From: Magallana gigas
Taxonomy: Eukaryota
Direction: 5' to 3'
Assembly (NCBI RefSeq): GCF_963853765.1
Contig: NC_088854.1
Location: forward strand, 53,196,001-53,260,000
DNA: 64,000 nucleotides
Positions 12,326 through 22,800 of the stretch are shown here, in pieces. The position numbers were made by a program, and so were the translations under genes. The first letter of the stretch is position 1, and each line of letters opens with the position of its first letter. The notes under the pieces were generated by a model. The model worked only from the letters and a program-made list of their open reading frames with translations, was not told the origin of the DNA and searched no databases.

Positions 12326-14632
12326 TCACTTCCCACCTTCAACAGGAGGGGTAGGTTTAGGGAGGATCTTTCTATACCTTGGTTTTGGATTATTGTTAGT
12401 AGTAGGTTGGCAGATAAAAACCTTCACGGGCCCCTGCTGAAGCGGCTGGGGCCCTTGCTGAACACTTGGATTACACATTGGCTGGTGTCCTGTGCTGTTA
12501 GGCATCATCTGGCCATTTGTCAGTTGTTGAGGGAATCCATGGAAGAACGGAGTTGTGTTTGTCATGTTATGAGGTGCTGACTTCATTCTTCCTTGAGCCA
12601 CATTGCTGGATGGGTGCACTGTTGTTTTGATGGCCTGAAATGGTGGACTGTTGTTGGAGCGGCCAAGTTCAATCATTTTTGAATGTCCTGTTTTAGGCCG
12701 TAAACTACTGTCTGAGACCTGGTTTGGTCTATGAATGAGAGTTTGATTCTGAGGGAAGGACATATTTTGTTGGATTTGTGGACCTCCTGTTGGAGCATTG
12801 ATGATATGGGAAACTGGGAACCCATTACTTGTTGATAGTGCCATCAAGTTGTTATTGGTATTCATATTTTGTGAAAATAGTGATGGTTTAGAAACTGGGT
12901 TTTTTGTTTCCAAAGGGTTATCTGTAATTTCGCACAGAATGTTTGGCAGATTTCCATTACTACCTTCTTGAAAAGAACTTTTGGTCAAGGGGGCTTGCAC
13001 TTCTCTTGGCTTTGGATGGAACTGTGATGGTTGATTTGAGATCTTTGAGGGTCGGGCTGCCATTACTCTTGTAAAATTTTGATTTCCTTGGGAGTTAAAC
13101 TCACCTAGGCAATGGTTAGAAGAAGGGTGAGTCCTTGGGACTTGTAAACTTGATGCTGTGTAAGATGGATTTGGAGGGTTTCGTCTTGTCTGCTGTTGTA
13201 GGGCAAGCACACTGTCTGGATTTGCCATTTTCAGTCTCTGGTCAGGGTTGTGCTGGTTTGCTTTGCGCAAGTCTTTGTCAATAATATCACTAGCGTCTTT
13301 AAACAGGTCCTCAATTATCTCATTGTGGGTAGATGGATAGGAGTTTGGGCGTGGTTCACATGGGACTGATACAAATTCTGTTTTTTTAATAGCATCTGCA
13401 CTGGTGGATCTTTGTTGGGGGTTGGTGCATGGAGTAAGCATGAAATTTCCAGGCAGGCTAGACATAGAACCAGTATTCTGTGTCCTGGGTGATGACCTCT
13501 GATAAGTGGGATCGAAATAGAAAGGATCGTTAACACCACTTGGACATGCAGGTGGTAATGGCAAAATCTCAGTGAAATTCTCATTCGGTAGAGGCATTGT
13601 AGGGTAATGTTCTGGGCTAGACTCAGGGGCTATCCCTTCAAGAGCCTTTAGTAAACTGTCTTCATCATAGAACTTGTCGACTGATACATCCTCCTCTCCT
13701 ATTTCTAAATTACCAGGTACCTGCTGTGGTGGCTGTTGATGGATTCGATCCTGTCTGTTGAATGGATGATAGAGATTTGTGTGTTTTTGATACGCAGTCA
13801 TTGGTCCTTTTCTCAGGAAGCTTGAATCTTCATTGGAATCTGTAGGAGCAGAGGCTGTAGTTTTTTCTTCAGTATGATCTACTGTGAGTTTTTCCAGCTT
13901 GCCACTAAGTTCATCTGCTTCTAAACTGAAAGAAACCTGTTGATTGTAGCCATTCTTCACTTCATCACTTGCTTGAATTTTGTCCTCTTCATTGTTGTTG
14001 TCATTGTTGTCCATGGAATACAGCAGAGCATTGATACTTTTACCACTTGCCCGGGCAGAGTCCATCTTGTTCTTTAACTCTTGAATTGATTTCATGTCAG
14101 TTTCGGAGCAAGGTTTGCACATTTTATGACCATTAGCCTTCATTGAGTCACTTTTACTTTTTTGATCCTGTGTTGATTTAATATTTGGATCTGACCTTGG
14201 TTTGTACATCTTTGGACAAGCATTTTCTGTGCCTTTGCCATCGATGGTTTTTACAACACAAACACTTTTACTTTGCAACTTGTGCTCTTGTGCTGGTCTT
14301 TCCTTTGAAGAATTGATGTTCTTTTCCCTTGTTGTATGTGAAAGATTTGCCTTTTTGTTTTTATCGAATTCTGTAGCTCCCTCGTCCTTTTTTGTTGGAG
14401 GCTGATGATCAACCTCTAAGGACAGGGATTTCTTTGCCAGGCCTTTTTCCTGTGTCGGAGGGCCATGGTTCTGATTAACCGCAATATCAGCCTTATTTCC
14501 AGCACTGGAAGGCTGTTTTATCTTTTCAGAATTTGCCAGTAGTACAGATTCTTGATCCTCCTTGCATGTATTCTTATTACATTTTACTGGTTGGGTTTTC
14601 TCCTTTTCTCTATTTTGAACCTCCACTTCCAT
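12326..14632 (-). CDS. Nested antisense gene: 768-aa uncharacterised low-complexity protein (acidic helices, N/Q/P-rich region, C-terminal basic motif)
   Basis: 2.3-kb uninterrupted ORF. Acceptor TTTTACAGTTAACAG| ends at 14657. ATG at 14632 is in good context (GAAATGG). Ends PKPRYRKILPKPTPPVEGGK*. A weak donor at 12336 could mean further exons. Confidence 0.8.
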   Translation of the reverse strand: MEVEVQNREKEKTQPVKCNKNTCKEDQESVLLANSEKIKQPSSAGNKADIAVNQNHGPPTQEKGLAKKSLSLEVDHQPPTKKDEGATEFDKNKKANLSHTTREKNINSSKERPAQEHKLQSKSVCVVKTIDGKGTENACPKMYKPRSDPNIKSTQDQKSKSDSMKANGHKMCKPCSETDMKSIQELKNKMDSARASGKSINALLYSMDNNDNNNEEDKIQASDEVKNGYNQQVSFSLEADELSGKLEKLTVDHTEEKTTASAPTDSNEDSSFLRKGPMTAYQKHTNLYHPFNRQDRIHQQPPQQVPGNLEIGEEDVSVDKFYDEDSLLKALEGIAPESSPEHYPTMPLPNENFTEILPLPPACPSGVNDPFYFDPTYQRSSPRTQNTGSMSSLPGNFMLTPCTNPQQRSTSADAIKKTEFVSVPCEPRPNSYPSTHNEIIEDLFKDASDIIDKDLRKANQHNPDQRLKMANPDSVLALQQQTRRNPPNPSYTASSLQVPRTHPSSNHCLGEFNSQGNQNFTRVMAARPSKISNQPSQFHPKPREVQAPLTKSSFQEGSNGNLPNILCEITDNPLETKNPVSKPSLFSQNMNTNNNLMALSTSNGFPVSHIINAPTGGPQIQQNMSFPQNQTLIHRPNQVSDSSLRPKTGHSKMIELGRSNNSPPFQAIKTTVHPSSNVAQGRMKSAPHNMTNTTPFFHGFPQQLTNGQMMPNSTGHQPMCNPSVQQGPQPLQQGPVKVFICQPTTNNNPKPRYRKILPKPTPPVEGGK

Positions 14633-15022
14633 TTCCCCCACAGAAGTGAACTCAAACTGTTAACTGTAAAACAATCAGAATTATGAATGGAACAAATCTA
14701 CAACAAGGAAAATACATCCAGTACTACATGAACTGTATTTTTATTACCACTTTGTTACAGTGTTACTCAGTCATTAAAATTAGAGTCTCATCTAGAACGT
14801 CCTCACAATCCTAATCTACGCACAGAATGATACAATAGATTCTGACAGTGATTCTTATTTGTGAAGTTGTATTAATATGATCTCACCACATATTACTTCG
14901 TCATTCATGCAAAAGAGTATTTTTCTAATGTTTATTTAATTTCATGCCAGCGGGCAGATGTAATTAGCACAGAACTTTATTTACATGTCTCTTAGTCACC
15001 TACATCAGCCGACAGACATGCA

Positions 15023-15033
15023 GGGGAATTCCC
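15023..15033. promoter_or_regulatory. kappaB (NF-kB/Rel) motif GGGGAATTCCC in putative intron 1 of the nested gene
   Basis: Matches GGGRNNYYCC; motif only. Confidence 0.4.
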
Positions 15034-15309
15034 TATCTCACATCTAATTTACACTTGTTGATAACAATATTGAAACTATAGTACACATGTGTTGTACTGT
15101 AATCCGGTGTATAGTTGACTACATTGACTAATAAGGAGGGGTGTATTGCAGGGAGTTCATTGTCACGTTTATATGACAGTTTTTACTTTAGTTGTTTTTA
15201 CTGATTCACCCCCTCAGACCCCAGTGAACACTTCACAAAAAAAGTATGTCATGACTGAAATAGGTGTTGACAGCTCATAAATAGGTAATATAAGTAGTAA
15301 ATGACTTAC

Positions 15310-15400
15310 ATCTATGTTAATCCTCACTGGATTATGGCAGTTGATGATTTTAATCCAACAGAAAAGAACAAATGATGCACACTTTTTGCCCTATCAAGCT
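15310..15400 (-). other. Putative non-coding first exon of the nested gene
   Basis: Strong minus-strand donor AGAT|GTAAGT at 15309; no ATG in the exon. The 5' boundary is a guess near the kappaB/ETS site. Confidence 0.4.
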
Positions 15401-15416
15401 GGGATTTTCCGGAAGT
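15401..15416. promoter_or_regulatory. Overlapping kappaB (GGGATTTTCC) and ETS (CCGGAAGT) motifs
   Basis: Exact consensus matches immediately upstream of the putative first exon of the nested gene. Confidence 0.4.
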
Positions 15417-16806
15417 TTATTTTGAGAACAGGAAATAATTCCTATGCTAATCAGGGATAGGCTGCGCTAGATTGCACATGGTTTAGAAACATTAGAAAAA
15501 CCTTATATCTCAACTACATTTAACACAATGATTATTTACAAAAGCCCGTATTAAGGTGCTCAGGTTTGTGAAGAGATCGAAGGAAGTGACCTATTTTTGG
15601 GATACACAAAACATGATTTTTATAGACGCCACACAGCATTCAGTGGTCACAAACATATCAGAGTCGTCAGATCAGCTCCTAGGCTGACAGGCTCAGACTT
15701 GCAAATGACTCTCTTAAACATGTCGCACGCTAAAAGAAGTGAGGTTGTTTACTTTTGTATAGTTCCCGTACACGAAAATAAATGCTCAATTATTGTTAAA
15801 AAGACTTTTGTACAGCTTGTTGTTTTGCTGAAAATTTTGTTTTACATTGTTAAACACTTCCCATTAAAACAAAATAAATATTAACATTTTCCAAAATTCT
15901 CAATTCTGGGGTCTTTTTGCTAAATGCAATTATATGTGTATTTCTTAACAAAAAAAAATTAAAGTGAAAATTTAAGGATGTTGACAGTTAATTGGCTTGG
16001 CTTCACTTGAGTTTATTGCAGCCCATTATATTGAGTTTTATTTTTATCACACGTAATAAACATTGTTTAATTTTCAATAGGGCCTGTACTTAAATCATTG
16101 ATAGGTGTAAATTCTGAAGACCGAGTGATTAGGATTGAGATAACAGGGAGTACTTGATAAAAGTTCCCTATTGATCTCAAAGAAACACAGCACACTATTG
16201 CTGATTTCAATAAACACAGCATTTGGTTGCTGGATACAGTATATGCACAGATTATGAGGGTTTTTTTTATTCAGTGGAATTTAGGAGAAAGGTTAGCTCG
16301 GTAGATGACCTGAGTTCAAGGTTATAAGAGTAAGGTTATATGATAATAAAAATCAATGTATAACAGTTCAAGGTTCATCTCATGTCCTTGAGAGATCAAG
16401 AATGGCTAATAATGGTTTATCTTAGAAATATTTAGGAAAATATTAGAGAAAAACCCTTCAGCAAAACTCGGTGCTACAATTTGTAAAATTATGAAGCAAG
16501 CTAATTATTGCAGGTTTCAAGTTTGTTCAGTTTTTAAAATGCTGCTGTAAATTGCCATTTGAATGCATGTTTGTGGGGGTTTATTTCTTTACTTCAAGTT
16601 TCTCCTGTTTCTATATAGGCTATTGTAGATGTAAATTAACATGTTTGCATGTGAACCTACCACCAACAAGTACATGTATACTAAAGTATAACAATTCTTT
16701 AAAAAAAACTCTTCTCAATAAAGAAAGCTTTTTGAGTATTGTTTTTGCCTAAAATGTGATTTGACCGATTTCAATAAATGCTCAAGTGTCAGTGTTTTCT
16801 TTACAG

Positions 16807-16854
16807 GTGTTTCCTCTTTCAATGGCCTCGAGACATCATCGGATCCCGGGCAGG
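16807..16854 (+). CDS. CCDC158: CCDC158 exon (48 bp; MASRHHRIPGQ from ATG 16822, or GVSSFNGLETSSDPGA in phase 1)
   Basis: TTACAG| acceptor, CAG|GTAAAT donor; two possible frames. Confidence 0.75.
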
Positions 16855-19800
16855 TAAATATCTGTAAAACCACACACCAGGAAAATGGACAGAGCCAATC
16901 TCTGCTGTAGAAATGGGTATCTGAATGTAAACAATCCTAACAAGGAAATTGTCACAATTACATAGCTAATCATTTACGCAAGATATATTGGCTGATTAAA
17001 ATTAGCGCACAGACTTCAATAATTTGTGTTAATTGGTAAATCACAAAAGCATGAGTAATTGTTTGTCTGCAGAGAAGAACAGCCAACCTTTCAGAGTACA
17101 TGTTATGTAAGGTGCAGGTGGCCGTTATGCTTAAATTTTATTGCAATTCATTTCCATTTATAGCAGTTGTACCTGACAGTTGCTGTTGTATTCTGTAGTT
17201 TATGAAGCTTTGTGGAATTTTTGTCTTTGACAGTTTCTAATTTAGAATAACTGTTTAGCATACAAACAAATAGTACACACAAATTTGATATCCTGTTGAC
17301 AAATTTCATGACTGATATAAGGAATGAAATGACAACAGGCATTAATCAAAACAGTGCATCATTTTTAATTTACAATGTCCTTTATATGACCTTTAATGAC
17401 CTTCATTTACAGTACACACAAGTTTCCCGTCCTGTCATCACCCCCACCTCCCCGGCCACTCTGTCTGCCCTCATGGACATATCCAACGAACAAAAGACCA
17501 TTTCAGACCTCAGGTACTCATTGTAAACGACACCTGCACAAGATAGTTTTCCATTAATGCTGAATTCAAGGTTCTACAATTTAGCAAAAATTTAGGATAA
17601 AAAAAGGTTGATTAAAACATTTGTAGGACCCAACTAGATGCCCAGAGGAAGGAGACTGAGCGTTTACAGCAGCAGTTGGTCGGAGACTTCTCCAGCGCAC
17701 AGCGAAGCTCTGGCAGCATGCACAGCGGCCTTCCCAGCAGCCCCTCCAAAACGGGCTTCTCTACTCTCCCCTCCACTGAGCTCTTCTCGGCCCGGAGGGC
17801 TCACTATGATTACAGTGGACCGCCGTAAGTCAATCAAGAAAGTCATCGCTGATGCTTCCCGATCATTCAAAGAAAAGTTCAGATTGAATGCAAATATTCT
17901 GTTAAAATGTTAAACTAGCAATACATTGTATTTTGTTGTCAGTTAGTGTATATCTTTGATAGATCTCATTTGGAGAAATCCCTCAAAGACTCTCAGGAAC
18001 AAGTGGCTGATCTCAGAAGGAGGCTACAGGAGGTGAGTGCCCTACTGGCTGGTTACCTGTTTATCTCTGAATACAGTCATATAATGCCCAGCCATGTATA
18101 TGACCGGGGCACAAAGAGCTTGTCTTGTCAGCTGTACATCCTTTTGTCAGTCAATCACATTGTGTATTTTGATTAGTTTCAAAGAAACTGTCAAAGGGAT
18201 TCATATCAAACTGCATACAAAGATTTGTCTCAGTGAGAGAAATTCAACTGGTTCATTTTTTCTTCCTTTGGCCTCCAATATAACCTATACATCACTACTC
18301 TTAATTTTGCATTAGAAAAAATTGTTTAAGATACATTCACTTCACTATATTTTTCATATAGCTCAATTTGAAAGAATTGTTTATTATACATTTGATCAAA
18401 CTTTAAACAATGCATGGGTGTTCATTATGAAATTGTTTCATATTTTTCTGACCTTGATCTTCCTCAGTGACTTAGACTGAATTACAGTACTACATATAAG
18501 GTACCTACAGTGTATATTGTGTTGAGCTCAGTGGTACATATTATTATGACACTTCATACAAAGATACCGATACTTATTGATGAGGGCAATCTTCTACATC
18601 ATTTTCTTCTGATTTTGACCTTCTTATGGCCTTGACTTAATTTACCAGTTTATCTTTCTTATTCAAAGTATTTTCTCCAAAGTATTTTTTTATGCAAATA
18701 TCTAACCCAAAAAAATATATACATATGTTTTAAAAAGAATTCTGTCATCATAATTCACTATAAACTCAAACACATGAATAGATTCAAGATACACATATAA
18801 ACATATTCAAGATACATTTCTTTTATTCGTGTAATAAAAAATGTACCGTTAGGTGAGGCATTCATGTCCCATGTCATACTGGTATAGGTGTTGGTAGCTA
18901 CAGAAATGAGCGATTTGTTCCATGAGTTTATTTGTCTGTAGGCCAATGAGCTGAGTGAGCAGCAGAAGAGACAGTTCCGCTCCAACATAGAGGAGCTCAA
19001 GTCCAAGCTACAGGAGACGGAGATCAACAGGGACGCAGTTCTGGATCTCAGGTACAGACTCACCCCACACAACTAGGTAGTCTCATCAACACAAAGACAA
19101 GAAAGAAAGCTCAAAATCCCATCCTGTTTCATTTGTTTTAAGGAAACCCATCCTGTTCATTTGTCTATGAAGTTCCATCCTTGGCATTCAGAATGGAAAT
19201 AGGGATACCTCTTCTTAAAAAGTTATAAAAACTGGATATTTTAATGTGTATCTTCTCAAATTAGATGTGTGATTCTAATGAAGTGCTGAGTTTTTCTTGA
19301 TATACCCCTAACATGTTGTATAATTTTGTATTTGCTGGAATTGAATCCTCTCAGCTGTGTCATATACATATAGATTTATCTCCCCTGTACAGACAGCGGT
19401 CACTCACAGACTTTGTTAAGCACACAGTGTAAGTACCCACTATGTCAGTCGGACATGAATCAGTCAGACACCACTGAATTGTTTTGTTTTCTGCACGATT
19501 ACAGTGAAGTGGAAAAGTACCTGATTTTCATCTTCATTTTAAACTCTTTCTATATCAGTATATACAATAATTTTGTATTTAAGATATCTAAAACTGATGA
19601 CCTCAGGAAGTGTTGTTGATATTAATCTCTGATATTTTTTGTCAGTGAATTTGATATGATTGCCTGTAGATGAATGATTTACTCCCATAAAAGATACTAT
19701 ATATGTAACATTTTCCATCTTCACATTCAGACATAATCTTACAATTTTATTCAGACAAGGGCATCCATATTACATTTTTGGGTACAGTATATTTAGTTTG

Positions 19801-22800
19801 TTCATTAGATTTGTCTGACATATACGTATATAATCAAGATGTTTCTTCTGATTTCCTTGGAAACAATATGATAGCCATAGTTACTGTCAGNNNNNNNNNN
19901 NNNNNNNNNNNNNNNNNNNNNNNNNNNNNNNNNNNNNNNNNNNNNNNNNNNNNNNNNNNNNNNNNNNNNNNNNNNNNNNNNNNNNNNNNNNNNNNNNNNN
20001 NNNNNNNNNNNNNNNNNNNNNNNNNNNNNNNNNNNNNNNGGAATTTAACGTTTGTGTCACTAATTAATGTCACTGTCAGCCGTAACCTAATTGCTTTGTC
20101 CTAATGACTATGAGGGATGTACTTTAATTTCCTCCCACACAGGAGAGGCTACAGACTGATGCACTGACCCAACTGAAACCTAACGTTAACCACTCACAGT
20201 TAATGTTCGACTGCAAAACAATTCAATTTTACCTATTAAACCATTGGATCTCCAAAAGTTTATGAATTTTATGTTCACCACAGTAAATGTACTAAATGAT
20301 TTCTTTTGCATAAGTACTTTTTTGGATTTGATATTTCAAAAGTTATGTTGAAATCCATCCATTAAATAAAAGGTAAAATTTCTGATTTTGTTGTTTAACT
20401 CTATGTGAAACATTTCTACTGCTGTTGCGTTGTAGACAAAAAGAATCTTCTAACCAGGAAATGATGTTGAACAAATTCCAAATGTCCATACAGCAGCTAC
20501 AGGAAAAGGTCAGAGGTCAGGAGGAGGTAGGTCAAGGATGTTTATCAAACTAAAGCTACACCATACACATATACATGTATTATAAAAAGTTTTCTCTATT
20601 GGAAATTTTAATACCTTTTGATAAGGTATATAAGGTATGAAATATATTAGTGATGAATTTAAAATCTTTTACCAATATCAAAATTTAATTTGATTTAAGC
20701 AATATTTTACAAGAAAAGAAATGAATGGATGGACAGCATGCTTATATTAGTCCATATAATTATTAAAGCATGTACATAGTATTTCATTATGGCATAAATG
20801 AATGGATGTTAACAGTAGGCCCATATACAAAATGACTTTATATTGCACATTTGCAGGCCTTGCAGGAAGCCAATAGACGGTTGGAGAGTACAAACCGGGA
20901 AAAGTACCTGATAGACACGGCCCTGAACCAGATCCGGCTCTTACTGGTTGACGTTGAGCGCAAGCGCGGAAAGCCTTACTTTGAGTCGGACCCTGTCTCT
21001 AAACAGGTTCCAGGAATGCTGGTCCATACTTTTGAGAGATTCGTACAGGAAATGAATTCTGACAGCGATCAGAAAAAGTCCAGAATCTCTGAGGTATTCT
21101 AAAAGGAATTTTGACTCTCATGGATATGGGTTTTTTTTTTGCACAAATTGAATAATAACTGAAGTACATTGAAATAGATTTCTCTTTAAAAGTTGATATT
21201 CCATAACACCACAAGTCTTTCCTGAAAATCTAAGATAACAAATAAGATGCAAAAAATGTTTTTGAAATTACTTTTGTTCATTCTGCTATTTTTACCGGTT
21301 CTTAATTGATGAATTTTTTTGTCAGTTGGAGAATGAGGTTAAATCCTTGAAACAAAATATCAGCCAGGATAAAGAGTCCTTGATCAAAGAACAACAGGAA
21401 AAGTAAGTTGGAGTTGCAGACTGGCACTTATTATTTATTCCCTTTTTTCCACTTGAGTGTGAAGAATTGTAGCCTGTCTCTTCACTTTTCTTGTTTTTTT
21501 TTTGTGAATCAAATCAATACCCCTGGTATTCACCCAGTCCTTAAAATAACTACCTTTTTCCCAATGATGGCAACATAACTCCCAGCTTTCACTTTTTGAA
21601 TTGTTTGTCTTGCTGTTTTACTTTTCTGTAGAGAAATGGGAATATTTGGTGTGTTCAGAAAGTAAGAAAAATCTATTTTATCTGTGTCCATTTTAACAGA
21701 ATCAAATAGATTAAAACTTTTGAGCTATTACTTACCTTTTTATTGCGTAACGTTTTTTAATCTAACGTTGTAATCCAGGCATTATGATATGAAGTGGTCC
21801 TAAATAGTGTGCATGTCATTTAAGTTGTTGGATTTAGAATAATACTGTAAAACTTGTAATAACATATTCAAGTCATAGAAATTTATGTTAACATAGATAA
21901 GTTTTATTAAAAAACAGATCAATGAATTACTATGAAATAATTATTAATATGCTGATGGCTGATGTTTAACCTCTTAATGGCGTGCATGGTTGCATTTCTT
22001 ACAGAATAACAAATATGTCTGCAGAGCATGAAAAACAGATGCTAGCTCTCCAAGAGCGTTCTAACAACTCTCGTAAACAGGCCACTCACCTCCAACAGCA
22101 GCTAGCCATGATTGAGTAAGTCAAGTCCCAGGTCCTAAAGTGTCCTATAGGATTGAGTAAGTCAGGTCCAAGGTCTTAAAGTGTCCGTTAGGATTGAGTA
22201 AGTCTGGTCCCAGGTCTTAAAGTGGTCCTATAGGATTGAGTTAGTCTGGTCCAAGGTCTTAAAGTGGTCCTTTAGGATTGAGTAAGTCAGGTCCCAGGTC
22301 TTAAAGTGGTCCTTTAGGATAGAGTAAGTCTGGTCCCAGGTCTTATAGTTATAATAAAGGCTTAAGTAAGTCAGGTCCCAGGTCTTAAAGTGTCCAATAG
22401 GATTGAGTAAGTCAGGTCCCAGGTCTTACAGTGTCCAATAGGATTGAGTAAGTCTGGTCCCAGGTCTTATAGTGATAATAAAGGCTTAAGTACGGTAAGT
22501 CAGGTCCCAGGTCTTACGGTGTCCAATAGGATTGAGTAAGTCAGGTCCCAGGTCTTAAAGTGGTCCTATATGTTTCTGTAAGTCGAGTCCCAGGTGATTA
22601 ATGGTTGTTCTTTGGTCCTTGTGGTCCTTTGGGACTACATATTTTTGAGCCACTTGTAGGCTTTAAAATAGTCCTCCATTACCGCTAACTAAGATCCTAG
22701 GTCCTAAATGGGTCCTTTGGGTTTAATAAGTTTGGGCACTGGTCTTGGGGCCATTGAACTTAGACAAGCTCACTTTTGGTTTGTGTCTCACTTTTCCACC

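Noticed and set aside
17638-17913. ORF MPRGRRLSV... as a coding start
   Set aside because: Wrong frame; splice phases require TQLDAQRKETERLQQQ from the acceptor at 17627.
19778-20104. ORFs spanning the N run
   Set aside because: Artefact of the assembly gap.
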